Assembly: GCA_052055015.1 (NCBI GenBank)
Contig: JBQJIT010000072.1
DNA length: 35,656 nt
Reading direction: 5' to 3' (one strand)
Source of the DNA: Malassezia furfur
Lineage: Eukaryota
Shown: positions 9,972 through 21,062 of the stretch, in pieces
Position numbering within the stretch: position 1 is the first letter of the stretch
How the letters are laid out: every line of letters starts with the position of its first letter
Program-made: the position numbers and the translations under genes
The notes under the pieces: generated by a model
Database searches by the model: none
What the model saw: the letters and a program-made list of their open reading frames with translations, nothing else
Told to the model about the DNA's origin: nothing

Positions 9972-11656
9972 TCACAGTTCCAGCTGGTATTCGGGGTGAT
10001 CATCACCACTGCTGTTAGAATGGCTTTCATCAGTCGACGTACAGGTAGGTGCGCATACGCTGGTTATCCCACTTGGTGTTGTGATAGAGGTTCAAAACTC
10101 GGTTGTCGCGCTTTCCAGCTTCGCGTTGGCGACGTTCATGAAGAATATACAGTTCAATCACAATCACGACGACGGCCCCAAGAGAACCGATAGCCAGATT
10201 CGTGGCCATGCCACGCTCGAATCGAGGCCCTTCATGGTCTGGGAAGAGGAAGGCCGAAGTCAAACCACCACAGTTGGTGAAGACAATTAGCATAGCAAGT
10301 GCCGTGGCACGCTTGTAGTGCCCATCTGAGTTATTGGCAACTGCGGTCAGCCATCATTTCCTGACAACGTACTCCAAGTAAACAGGGCCGGGGGAAGCGA
10401 GTATGCACCGCAAGACAACACAATAATACCACCATAACGGGTCATGGACTGGGTTAGTTGGGATGACGTACATGGTGGCTAGCATAGACCATGGCAAAAC
10501 CGACGACGGACAGAATCATACCCGGCAGAGCTGTAATAACACGAAGGCGGAAATAGTCCGAGGCAAGGGCGATGAGCACGCCATAGACAAAAGCACATGC
10601 AAACGGAGGGCAGGACATGAGCATAGCATGCGTGTTGGTCGGATTGTCCAAAACATTCTTGACAATAGTAGGGGAGAAATAGGACACCGAATACACGGAC
10701 AAGGCACAACAGAAGCCAGCCACACACAAAAGCATAAGCAAGGGGTCTGTGAAGGTCCGCAAGAAGTCACGAATCCAAGGCTTCTGCTTCGGTTCGTTAA
10801 TCGTAGTATCGTTGGTTTTTGCGTAGGTCAGCTCAGCCTGCTGAATTTTTTCCGTCAACGCCTGGCGGGGGGCGAAACGGACATTTTTTGCCTCAAGACG
10901 TTCCAAAGCCATGCGGCGCTCCTGGGGCGTGAGTCCCCAGCAGTCATGGGGGCTGTTGGGCAAAAGCACAATGCAGCAAAGACCCACGACGATTGTGAAA
11001 ACACCCTCAAGGATAAAGATCCAAGACCATCCATACAGGCCCCTCATACCGTCCATTTTCCCAATGGCAGCTGCTAGCAAGCCCGAGAAAGCACCGCCCA
11101 GCGCAGCACCAGTAAAGAAGAGTGCCTGACGAAGCTGCAGCTCCCGTGGTTTATAGAAGAACGTGAGATACACAGCAATCCCAGGGAGAATGCCGGCCTC
11201 CGTAGCACCCAAAAAGGCACGGTTAATATACAGACCCGTACGCGTGGTCACCTTTCCCTGGAGTGTCGAAACAACACCCCAGCAAACCACCAAAAGGGGA
11301 ATCCAGTACTTGGGACCAATGCGCTTCAGGACAAGGTTGGAAGGAACTTCAAGGACGATATAGGGTGGATAAAGTACAGCGAGTGCAATGGTGTAGTCCC
11401 AAGAGCTCAAATGGAGGTCTTGCATTAGACCGTTCAGTTTGGCCTGGCCGATGTTTGTACGATCAAGAAAAGACAAGAAATAGAGCATCAAGCACAGCGG
11501 TACGATCTGCAAGTCCATCTTAAGCCTGAGTCTTCTCTCCATCTTCTTGTACTCGATGGGGTCCATAGTTTGCGAAAGCGGCAGCTCATCGCCACCGAGT
11601 GGACTGGCGATACCCGCTTCTTCTTTTCCGCTCATTTCTTCGTGACTCGAATTCAT
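9972..11656 (-). CDS. MFS anion:cation symporter family transporter (Tna1/Dal5-like), ~531 aa; exons 11656-10472, 10448-10373, 10340-10043, 10008-9972
   Basis: FLDRTNIGQAKLNGL, EVPSNL, GWSWIFILEG, W|IANNSDGHYKRATA and terminal L|GDDHPEY. Three short introns give a continuous 1596-nt frame. Confidence 0.88.
10009..10042 (-). other. Spliceosomal intron, 34 nt (31 nt if the proximal AG is used) (MFS)
   Basis: GTACGTCGACTGATGAAAGCCATTCTAACAGCAG. Confidence 0.8.
10341..10372 (-). other. Spliceosomal intron, 32 nt (MFS)
   Basis: GTACGTTGTCAGGAAATGATGGCTGACCGCAG. Confidence 0.88.
10449..10471 (-). other. Spliceosomal intron, 23 nt (MFS)
   Basis: GTACGTCATCCCAACTAACCCAG. Confidence 0.88.
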
Positions 11657-11812
11657 ACAGAAGAGGGATGAGGGTGTCACCCCGTGTTTGCGCACATTCT
11701 GCCTGCAGAAGCTTTATCACCCCAACGTCCTATGATGTTAAAATCGCGAAATTGATTTTCATTTCTCTCTTTGCTTACCTCAGCACAACCGACTGCGCTT
11801 TGGGTTCACGAC

Positions 11813-13617
11813 ATGAGTGAAGGCGAGAGCACGGACGCTGGACGCGCAGCGAAGCGTGCGCGTACCTCCAAAGAGGACTACGAGACGGAGGAAAAGGAGG
11901 TCGAGCAACAAACAGTAGTACAAGATGAAAGCGATGACGATGCTCTCCCTGTGGCGGACATTGAAGCGGAAAAGGTGCCCGTCCGACACGACTTGTACCT
12001 TGACACGGTATGTTTTCTTCCTGACGCAGATCAACCGCAACCAACTCGACTTTGATTTTGAAAAAGTTTGCTCCGTGAGCTTGTCCAATGTCAACATTTA
12101 CGCATGCCTGGTGTGCGGGAAATACTACCAGGGGCGCGGCAAGCGGACCCACGCCTACTTTCATTCCATTGACGAAGAACACCACGTGTTCATGAACCTA
12201 TCGACGGGTCAAGTGTACATCTTGCCTGACAATTATGAAGTGCAAGACAAGTCGCTGTCCGACATCCAGTACCAGTTGTCGCTCACCTTTAGCGAGCGCG
12301 ACATTCGCCAGCTCGATGCACCAGACGCAACGACGTCGCGTACGCTGGACGCCAAGCCCTACCTTCCAGGATTCATGGGATTGAACAATATTGGCGCGAA
12401 TGATGCGATGAATGTTGTGATTCAAGCCTTGGTTCATGTTCCTCCGTTGCGCAACTACTTCCTGCGCGGAGGTATTCCGAAGGCCCGCCGCGGAGCTGTC
12501 GAAGCACCGAGCGGTCCTGTGACGCAGACCGAGGCCGCAGGTGCGCTTGTGCAAAGCACGGAGCTTGTGCAGCGCTTTGCAACGCTGGTACGGCGAATTT
12601 GGAACCCTCACAGCTTCAAGGCGCAGGTGTCTCCGCACGAATTCCTGCAGGAAGTCTCGCGCGCCAGCAACGGCCGGTTCAAACTCACCGAGCAGGCCGA
12701 CCCAGTCGAGTTTCTTGGCTGGCTTTTGAACCGTCTGCACTTCGACCTTGCCGGCAGTGCATCTGCGGCACGCAAGCGTCCGACGATCATTACGCAGTGT
12801 TTCCAAGGCGAGGTACGCGTTGAGTCGCAAAAGGTGATTGTGCGCACGGGCCTCGAAGACGACGAGGTGGTCGACAGCCTTGACCACGATGGTCGGCGCA
12901 GTGGTGGTCAGCAAGATGAGCATGGGCACGCCAAGTTCAACATAGACCAGGCCATCTCTGTCAACACCACGCCATTCCTGTTGCTGGCAATTGACCTCCC
13001 TCCTCCCCCGGTCTTCCAAGACACCGCGAAGGAGAATATTATTCCTCAGACGCCGATTTCCCACGTCCTGGCCAAGTACGACGGCGTGACTTTCCAGGAG
13101 TCGAACGGTACCATCCGTCGGTACCACCTCACAAAGCTGCCTCCGTACCTCATTCTACACTACCGGCGCTTCACCAAAAACCGTTTTGTCGAGGAGCGCA
13201 ACCCTACGATTGTCAATTTCCCTATCGTGGGTCTGGACATGCAGGACTGTACGTCTCTCTACTGACCCAGATGTCCAGCCGCCGGCGCCCGGCGAGCCGA
13301 CGATCGGCACCGTATACAATCTCTTGAGCAACATCACGCACGAGGCGACACCCGGTACGGTTCGTGAGAATAGTGTGTGGCGGTCACAGGTGCACACGCG
13401 CAGCGACGGTGCTGCGCACACCGCCGAACCTGCGCCGGAAGACCGCTGGTTCCAGATGCAGGACCTGATCATGGATGAGGTGAACAAGCAGATGCTCTTC
13501 TTGGGCGAGTCGTACATCCAGATCTGGGAGCGCAAAGATGCTGTGGCCGAGGTCGAGGCACAAGCAAACCGACTCGTCGTGCCCCGGCCGCACAGCAGCG
13601 CGGCCAAAAACGTCTAG
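11813..13617 (+). CDS. SAD1: U4/U6.U5 tri-snRNP protein Sad1/USP39, ~586 aa; exons 11813-12007, 12030-13248, 13271-13617
   Basis: Spliced YLDT|INRNQLDFDFEKVCSVSLSNVNIYACLVCGKY (ZnF-UBP), YLPGFMGLNNIGAND, FKAQVSPHEFLQ and ESYIQIWER. Confidence 0.94.
12008..12029 (+). other. Spliceosomal intron, 22 nt (SAD1)
   Basis: GTATGTTTTCTTCCTGACGCAG; restores YLDT|INR. Confidence 0.9.
13249..13270 (+). other. Spliceosomal intron, 22 nt (SAD1)
   Basis: GTACGTCTCTCTACTGACCCAG; restores LDMQD-Y-VQP. Confidence 0.88.
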
Positions 13618-13631
13618 TCTAGATACCCTAC

Positions 13632-15140
13632 TTAATCCACCGTGAGCTCCTCGTCCACCTGGCTGAACGAGCGGAAGAATTCGGCAAAGAGGCTAATCTT
13701 GCGCTCGACGTCGTGAGAGCCGCACATCTCACGGATCGAGTGCATGCTGAGCTGCGGGTTGCCGAGGTCGACCGTGCGCACCTGCTTGGAAAGCATCGGG
13801 CCGATGGTGCTGCCACACGCGCAGTCGTTGCGCACCTCGAATTCCTGCAGCGGCACATTGGCAAGCTTGGCGATGCGGCGAAGCAGGAAAGTTGTGACGG
13901 CCGTCGACGCGTAGCGCTGCTTGGCGTTGGTCTTGATGACAGGACCCGCATTAATCTTCGGACGAAGGTTTTGTTCGTGAATCGAGGCGTAGTTGGGGTG
14001 CACAGCATGCGCAGTATCCGAGGAGATCAGGAACGAGCGCGCAAGGCTTTGATCAAACAGCGCCTGGCTGTTCAGCGGACCGGAGGCGCTTTGCACTGCA
14101 AGCGCTGCAAGGCGATGGATCATGCTCCAAACCAGGTTGCTCTCGGCGCCCTGGTACGACACCGACCCGACCTCTTCGTTATCGAACAGCGCAATGGCAC
14201 GGATCGACGACGCATTCTCCAGAGCATCCTTCTGCTGGAGGCTGTCAATCAGGCCCTCGGTAGCACAGAAGCACGACATTTGGTTGTCGACGCGCGGGGC
14301 GAACAAGAATTCGTTCGCGATGCCGCCTGCGGCCGGCGCCTGCGTGTCGTAGAGGCTCAACTCAAAGTCCTGGATGTGCGACACCTTGCATCCCAGCTCC
14401 TCAGCAAGCAGCTGCAGAAGCACGGGGTGGTGCTTGCTCTCCATGGTCGGCGTGCCTACGCCGTGGTTGGCCTGTGCATTCAGCTTGTCGGCCGTCGCAT
14501 TGAGCGCGTCCTCAAGGCCCAGGATAGGCTGGAGGTTGTCCTCCTGGTTAAACTTGAACGCCTCGTTGGCCGTGCGGTTCAGGTGAATGGCCAACGTGGG
14601 GACACGCAGCAGCGGGCGGCGCACATGCACCAAGCGCGACTCAAACTTGTTCTGCTCGTCGGACGTCGCGACGATCACGCGACCAGCCAAGCTCAAATCG
14701 CGGTCAAACCAGGTCGCCCAGAGGCCGCCGCCGTATGTCTCAACTGAACACTGCAGGTAGCCCTCCTTGGTGCGCGTCGAGGTCGGGCGCACGCGCAGGT
14801 TGGGCGAGTCGGTGTGTGCGCCGACGATGTGCACACCGTTGCCCGGGCGGTACTTTTGGCCGATGGCAAAGGCCACAAGCGAAGATTGGTTGCGCTTATA
14901 GCTACGCGGTGAGCCGTGCACGTACTAGTATCGTCCACCCAGCTCGACCTGCTGGTCCCACGACTGCTTCTCGTGCAGCTGGACGAACCCCGCCTTTTCC
15001 AGCATCGCGACACTCGTCGCCACGACATGGAAGGGAGTCGGATTCGCCTCGACGTACTTGAGGAAGCGCAGTGCGGCCGCGGGAATGGCGGGTCCGGAAG
15101 CCATCTGCATCACGGTCTGGGTGAGCCAGGCACCTACCAT
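13632..15140 (-). CDS. APE4: Aspartyl aminopeptidase (M18), ~487 aa; exons 15140-15138, 15116-14926, 14901-13632
   Basis: NPTPFHVV, GAHTDSP, VETYGGGLWATWFDRDL, FDNEEVGS, AHAVHPNY, CGSTIGP and SMHSIRE. The start could instead be ATG 15110 or 15104. Confidence 0.93.
14902..14925 (-). other. Spliceosomal intron, 24 nt (APE4)
   Basis: GTACGTGCACGGCTCACCGCGTAG; restores GGRYYYKRN; retention gives a TAG stop. Confidence 0.88.
15117..15137 (-). other. Probable spliceosomal intron, 21 nt, directly after the ATG (APE4)
   Basis: ATG|GTAGGTGCCTGGCTCACCCAG|ACC. Signals match the other introns, but it is in frame and stop-free, so the frame does not require it. Confidence 0.6.
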
Positions 15141-15196
15141 GCTGCTAATCGCGTAGGAAGGTTACGTACAGATCGGGCCTATCGCCCGATGCGACA

Positions 15197-18032
15197 CTAC
15201 GGAGGCGCCGGTGCTGGCGTCGGCGATACGGGCGTCGCAACGCGGCGCACCGGCAAGGTATCATCCAGGATCGGAGGCGGGGGCACGTCCGGCACAACGA
15301 GGCGCCCAGCCTTCCACTTGGCACCACATGCATTGCACAGCTGCGACGGGCCCTTGGGGCCGCGACGCCACATGGGCGTCTTCGTTTTCCCACAGGCGCC
15401 GCAGCTCTTGAGACTGCCGTCGGGGTTGTGCGTTGCGACATGGCGCTTGCGCTTCGGCCGCGGCTCTCCGTCCAGGATCTCGGCCGCATAGTTCCGCGGC
15501 ACATGGTGGTCTACACGCGGCGCGCGTGGCTCGCGCGAGTCAGAGAGCGTCGCAACTTTGCGCTTTGGCTGCGGTCGTGTCGTGCTTGACTGAATCCGCA
15601 TCGCATAGCGATCAGTAATGTGTTCCTCGAGACTCGGCGGGATGTCCGCCAGAGCGACACTGCGAGGCAGCGTTTTGGGCGGGGGTATGGCGTCGAACCG
15701 TGCCGTGAACGACTGCTGCAGCTTGTCAAACAGTTCCTTGTCTGAATCATTCGCAAACATCCGCTCACGGTTCGGCTCCGAGGTGACGCACCCAGGCACA
15801 CGCCCGAGGCAGTCCCACAGCCGCTCGTCGATGCCCAAATCGGCGCGCAAAAACCACGTCGTGGGGTACAGCTCGTGCCCGCGCTCTGGTTTCGGTGGAG
15901 GCGCTTCTTTTTTGGGACGCGCGCGTTTGTTGCGGGCGTTGCGCTTGGCATCTGTGGTAGATTCAGGCTCCGTTTTAGGTGCGTCGGAAGACTCGGGTGC
16001 CGGTGCAGATGGCACTGGCCCAGCCTCGGGCGTGTCACTCTTGGGCGGCGGCGTCGGGGCTTTGGGCCACATCGACGCATCCAGCAACATGCCGTGGTCC
16101 ACGTGCTCGGCATCCTTGCGTCCGCTGTCTCCTGCCGCTTTGGAGCCGATGGCCGGGAGGAAGAAGCTGAGCAACACGCTGTGCCCACGCCGCGCACCAG
16201 TCATCCGCCGACGCTCGACGGCCGTATGCCATAGCGGAAGCACAAAGTTGATGCTGGGGTTCTCGGGGAACTCGACTAGCACCACGGGCGGTCCCTGCTC
16301 CTCAGGTTTGGGTGGCGGCGGCACCATCAAGGACGCAATGATGGCATTGAGTTGGGGAAGCGCCGACTCGGGCAGCTGGTTGGAACGCGCGAGCTGAAGC
16401 AGATTTTGCAGATGCTTGTCGTGTTCTGCACGTTGCTGCAAACGCGAGAGGAAACCAGCATCCAGAGGACGCGGCGCAGCACGAGGCGTTGCAGGGGAAG
16501 CGCTGGACATGCCAGGCCCCGGCGCTCCGCTGGGGGTAGTCTGTGGAGGCGGCGGTCGAACCGACGCGGACGTCGACGGCCCCGTTCCGGCTGGCGTCGA
16601 GCCCTGTGGAGGGGCATCGGTCTTGGGAGGCGCGCCACTTGTGGCGGGAGTCGCATTGTCTGTCGCCATTGGGCTGGTAGGTGGTTTCGCCGCCGGCGAG
16701 GGCGCGCTTCCTGCCGCCGAAGATGTTTCGGACCGGCCCTCATTTGCGGGAGCTTCGGACCGGGCCGCTGCCGCAGGCGCCCCTCCCGTACTTCCCGGGG
16801 CCGTCTGGGCCGGCCGTGGCGCATCTTGCTGCGGGACGCCACTGGGCCTTGCTTGCATGGGTGTGGATGGGGGACGGGGCGTATACGGTGTTCCTCCCCC
16901 CGGCGGCGGGGCTGGTCGGACATACCCATTCGGTGATCGTATGTAGCCTGCCGCACCAGGCGGAGGACGGACGCTGGCGGGATACTGCACGATTCCATGT
17001 GGTGTAGACGCCGTGGGCGGAGGGCGCGGTTTGGGGTACGTCGGCGGCAGACTCGGACGCACTTCCCAGAAGCGCACACCATAATACACCATAGGTCCAA
17101 CACGTACATCGGCGCGGCCCAGCGGCATGAGCGTGTGGGGTTTGTGTGGGTCGATATTCCGAATAAGCGCCCTAGGCACCACATCGAAATACTCCACGCC
17201 GGAGCGCTGGCGATGGCTAAAAGGGGGCAAGACTTGCAGCATATGCATCATGCGTGTTTGCCGTAATGCCTGGAGAAAGACGGAGCTGCATCAGTAGATC
17301 GACGTACCTCTCCTCTAGCGGTTCTGATGGCTGGTCAGGCGGTGCTTCGTGCGTCGGGAGCGGAAAAGGTAGGACCAGCTCTGGGATCACCTTGCGGCCC
17401 CCACCGCCCGCGGTCAGGAAGCCAGGCGGCGGTGTATCCTGGCTCGGCAGCCCAATCACACCTCCTGTCAATGCAGAGAGTGCCACGTTCTTGCTGCGGT
17501 TTGCGTGCGAAGAGGGCTTGGGCTTTCGCGGAGCCGTATTCTCTGCTGGGGGCCGAGCTGCTTGGGAGGTCGTTGGGCGCGGCGGAGCACCGTTCGTATA
17601 TGGTATAGATGGGCGCACGGTGGTTCCTGCACCCATAGAAGAAGGGTAAGCTGGTGCGCCTGCGCCCGGCACGTACGGACGCGCAACGCTCGTCACGCCA
17701 TTCGGTAGCGTGGTGTGTGGCATGGGTGGCCGCGGCGCATTCGAGGTCGTCGCGTGGGATCCCATAGGTATCGTTGTCATTGTAGGAGCCTGTGGACGCG
17801 GCATCTGTGTCGACGCAGCTGCGGGTACGCGTGGGACCGCATACACTTGGCTGGAGCCGCTCGACCCCGCCGTGGACCCTGGCGCGTCGGGCGCACTGGA
17901 CACGCCCGGCGCGCCATGATGTTGTTGCGGAGCAGATTCGGCGCCATTGCTTCCGTCTTGACCCGCCCCTGTCGCGGAGGACGGCGCAGGCCGCGCGTCT
18001 GACGGCGGCGAGGCCCCAGGCGGCACGTCCAT
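15197..18032 (-). CDS. Pro-rich nuclear protein with C-terminal GATA zinc finger (C-X2-C-X18-C-X2-C) and Swc3-like segments, ~937 aa; exons 18032-17308, 17285-15197
   Basis: CGACGKTKTPMWRRGPKGPSQLCNACG near the C-terminus. ORFs 17217..18236 and 15197..17251 are joined by the 22-nt intron GTACGTCGATCTACTGATGCAG. Confidence 0.82.
17286..17307 (-). other. Spliceosomal intron, 22 nt (GATA gene)
   Basis: GTACGTCGATCTACTGATGCAG; supplies the required +1 frame change. Confidence 0.85.
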
Positions 18033-18073
18033 GGTGGGAGGGAAGAAGCCCGATCGCCCGATCGCTGCTTCCC

Positions 18074-20317
18074 ATGGACCATGTACGCCGCGCGGCCGTG
18101 CAGCGGATCGCCGTAGCGCGGCCAACACTGCGGGCTTTAGCGCGCGGCAGTCCTGGATTGGGACGTAACTATGCAAGCACAGGGTCGGGGCGGACATATC
18201 TGTCGCCGCTCGAGTTTGAGCGGATCGCTGGCTCACTCAATACAAAACGCGACGCACAGGCATGCCATGCGCTCACGCTCTACCTGCGTACCTCGCGCGA
18301 CACTCGCAAGCGAAGCACGGCATCCCTCGCACTCGAGGCACTGGATGGTGAGCAGAACCTTGCTCCGCCGCTCATTTCGCTCGTGCTCGCGGCGCGACTG
18401 GCCGTCAGCGAGCGTCCCAGTCTGGCTACGTTGCAGGAAGTGCGCGCAGAACACCCCGACTGGGAACCTACGGATGCTGACTATACCCATCTCCTTCACA
18501 CACTGTGCCGGCAACGGCAAATGGATGCCCTGGAGGTCTGGCGCACGATGCAAGAGCGCTCAATCCATGTGTCGCCCACGGCTACGAACGCTGTACTGTC
18601 GACGGCGCTCATGAGGGCACCTATGGCCGACGTACATACCATTTTGCACCAAGTCGGTGGCATTGGTAAACTGGACCGAGTAGGCTTGACGACACTGCTG
18701 CAGGGCTACTGCAACCGAGTCGCCGATGCCGCTGCCTCTCCTGCAACGGAAGCGGACTTCCATGCACTTGACGCACCGCCCGAGGCCGACGTGCATGCAG
18801 CCGCGCAAAAACTTCGTCCGCTCTTACAAGATACCCCGGACGCACTTGGATGGCATGGCTACTTAACGTACAAGGGCCTGCTCTATGGCCCTGAGGCGGC
18901 GTTCGAATGCGCCCAATCCGCCCTTGCACGCGGAGCGTTTAAGCCAGACGCATGGACAATGACGACCCTGGCCATGTGTCAGATCCACCACCAGGCGCCC
19001 GAATCTTGCGACGAGGCCCTAGCCCTTTTGGACCGTCTTTCTACCCTAACCTCCTTGACGCCAGACCGCTACGTCACGGCATTGCTGCTCCAAGCACTTC
19101 TTGGGTATGCTGTTCGCATTGGATACCAGCGCCCCGCCCGACCAACCCCCGATCCGGGACGCACAGTCGAGGCGCAGGCCTTCCTGGAGGAGGTGTGTAC
19201 GTTGTACAAAGTACAGCCCGATGCAGCCCTTCTCCAGCCGCTCATCGAGGCGCATTGCTACGCGTTTGTTCCGGCGCTTGACGCGGCATACAGACTGCTT
19301 CGATACTTGCAGCCTATCCCACAACGCTCCTTATTTTTCCGGAAAAAAGAGGCGACTCCACGTACGGACCTCGGCACGTACTACCCGCTGTTGATGGCCT
19401 GCGTGAAGCTATATGAAGTGCCGCGCGCCCTCGAGCTGCTGAGCGAAATGAAGCATATTCAAGTGCCGGCGCATGCAGCTACGACGCTCATCACCCAGCT
19501 CTGGGGTGTGTGCCAGACCCATCAGGAAGCATGGCAAGTATACCAAGCGATGCGGCGTATAAGCGCGTTGGATGCAGCGTCGTATGCACACCTGCTTGCG
19601 GCATGCTGTCGTCTGCGTTTATACGAGGATCCCGGGGACGATACTGTCTCGCCCGTACCCGCGGCGCACCCCTTACAGCTGCTAGGAGACATGCGCGCGG
19701 CCGGATTCCATCCGTCGCCGGCAACATACACTATCCTGCTCGACTATTACGCCAAGTCGCCCCGCGCGAACCTGGCGGGCGTCCAGGCGACCCATGAACT
19801 CATCAAACGCGACGTGCACTTGGAGCCTGACCTGATCCTAGTGAATGCGCTGATGAATGCCTACAACCACGTCGATGCACCTGCGCATGTCCTGGGGATC
19901 TGGGATAGCCTTGTGGTGCTATGCAGCAATGCGGGGAGTTTGTCGTTTATCGACGAAGTGAGCTTGGTGGTGGTGCTTGATGCATGTGGGCGCTCTGGGC
20001 TGCTGAAGCCAGCACGCCGAGCACTCGAATCAGCACGACAGCTGGAGCAGCGGCTGGGAGGCCCGGTACTTGTGGGCAAAAACGCACGCGATGCGTGGAT
20101 GGAATGCCTTGCACGGTGTGGCCGCCTCGACGAGGCCATCGAGGTGCTCTTTTCCATGCAAGACACTGCTGACGTCAAGTCGGTGCAAACGGTCATGCGC
20201 TTTGCTGCTGCTGCACATGCGCGTGGTGCACTGTCGTCCAACGAGTGGGATGCGATGCGTTTGCGCGTACGCTCGACATTTGTGGACATGTGGGGCGAGG
20301 TAGCACAGATCGTTTAG
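18074..20317 (+). CDS. Pentatricopeptide-repeat (PPR) protein, probably mitochondrial, ~747 aa
   Basis: PPR-like units, e.g. DMRAAGFHPSPATYTILLDYYAK, EPDLILVNALMNAYNH, YTHLLHTLCRQRQMDALEVWRTMQERSIHVS. Arg-rich N-terminus. Confidence 0.78.
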   Translation: MDHVRRAAVQRIAVARPTLRALARGSPGLGRNYASTGSGRTYLSPLEFERIAGSLNTKRDAQACHALTLYLRTSRDTRKRSTASLALEALDGEQNLAPPLISLVLAARLAVSERPSLATLQEVRAEHPDWEPTDADYTHLLHTLCRQRQMDALEVWRTMQERSIHVSPTATNAVLSTALMRAPMADVHTILHQVGGIGKLDRVGLTTLLQGYCNRVADAAASPATEADFHALDAPPEADVHAAAQKLRPLLQDTPDALGWHGYLTYKGLLYGPEAAFECAQSALARGAFKPDAWTMTTLAMCQIHHQAPESCDEALALLDRLSTLTSLTPDRYVTALLLQALLGYAVRIGYQRPARPTPDPGRTVEAQAFLEEVCTLYKVQPDAALLQPLIEAHCYAFVPALDAAYRLLRYLQPIPQRSLFFRKKEATPRTDLGTYYPLLMACVKLYEVPRALELLSEMKHIQVPAHAATTLITQLWGVCQTHQEAWQVYQAMRRISALDAASYAHLLAACCRLRLYEDPGDDTVSPVPAAHPLQLLGDMRAAGFHPSPATYTILLDYYAKSPRANLAGVQATHELIKRDVHLEPDLILVNALMNAYNHVDAPAHVLGIWDSLVVLCSNAGSLSFIDEVSLVVVLDACGRSGLLKPARRALESARQLEQRLGGPVLVGKNARDAWMECLARCGRLDEAIEVLFSMQDTADVKSVQTVMRFAAAAHARGALSSNEWDAMRLRVRSTFVDMWGEVAQIV

Positions 20318-20328
20318 TGTACTATACA

Positions 20329-21024
20329 TTACACCCAGTCGGGCTTGGCCACCTTGCGTGGCTCGACCGTGCCAGTCACAGGGTCAACCATCTCCTTCCA
20401 GCTCACAGGCTGCATAGCACGCCCAACAGGAGCCCAGGCAGCATGCTCTTGACCCCCCATATCGCTACTCGTCGCGTGCAGCACGCCAAGGTGGTTGCCG
20501 GCCGTAGAAAGGTAATAGGAACGCGCATCTCCGAGCGAGATGACGGTCGCACGGATAATGTCACCGGGCCGGAAACACTCCTTAAGTACCACCGAGTCCT
20601 TGTCTGTGGTACGCACATCCTGTGCACGCACGACGCCCTGGAAATCGACGCCGTCGATACCCTCCCCTGCCGCGTGGTTGCCGCGCGCACCTGCACCTTG
20701 GCCCAATGCACCACCGCACGGAAGGCCGTCAACAACCAGGATTGACACAGTGGCCTGGCGCGGCGTCACGCGCGTCACACGGCCAATGACAGTACTCTCT
20801 GGGCCCGGGATCACGAGCGGGGGCTTGGTGCCGACGACCTTCGCGACGGCCTCACGCCCGGCACGACGACGCGCCGGATCGTTGATATCATCTTGTACGT
20901 GTCCCACACGGCTAGCAACGAGATACTCCCCGTGGCTATACGTGCCAGGCCCGGGCGTGACATTGGCACGCGCCGGTACCTGGAGCGGCTGCCCCGGCAG
21001 GACGAGCGGTGCGTCTTCGTTCAT
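20329..21024 (-). CDS. CSL4: Exosome cap subunit Csl4, ~231 aa
   Basis: LVLPGQPL...PGPGTY, VIGRVTRV, FQGVVRAQDVRTTDKD and FRPGDIIRATVISLGDARSYYLSTAGNHLGV...EPRKVAKP. Start at MNEDAP. Confidence 0.92.
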   Translation of the reverse strand: MNEDAPLVLPGQPLQVPARANVTPGPGTYSHGEYLVASRVGHVQDDINDPARRRAGREAVAKVVGTKPPLVIPGPESTVIGRVTRVTPRQATVSILVVDGLPCGGALGQGAGARGNHAAGEGIDGVDFQGVVRAQDVRTTDKDSVVLKECFRPGDIIRATVISLGDARSYYLSTAGNHLGVLHATSSDMGGQEHAAWAPVGRAMQPVSWKEMVDPVTGTVEPRKVAKPDWV

Positions 21025-21034
21025 GGTGGAGGAG

Positions 21035-21053
21035 CACGTGGCACAATTTTTTC
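21035..21053. promoter_or_regulatory. E-box (CACGTG) plus RRPE-like element (AATTTTTTC) in the CSL4/LTV1 divergent spacer
   Basis: CACGTG at 21035-21040 and AATTTTTTC at 21045-21053, between two rRNA-processing/ribosome-biogenesis genes. Confidence 0.4.
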
Positions 21054-21062
21054 TGTTCGACG

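Noticed and set aside
12370..12430. Sad1 lacks the catalytic Cys (GLNNIGAND)
   Set aside because: Known property of Sad1/USP39 pseudo-deubiquitinases, not a lesion.
17217..17307. Apparent frameshift between ORFs 17217..18236 and 15197..17251
   Set aside because: Fully explained by a consensus 22-nt intron at 17286-17307, unlike the deaminase case.
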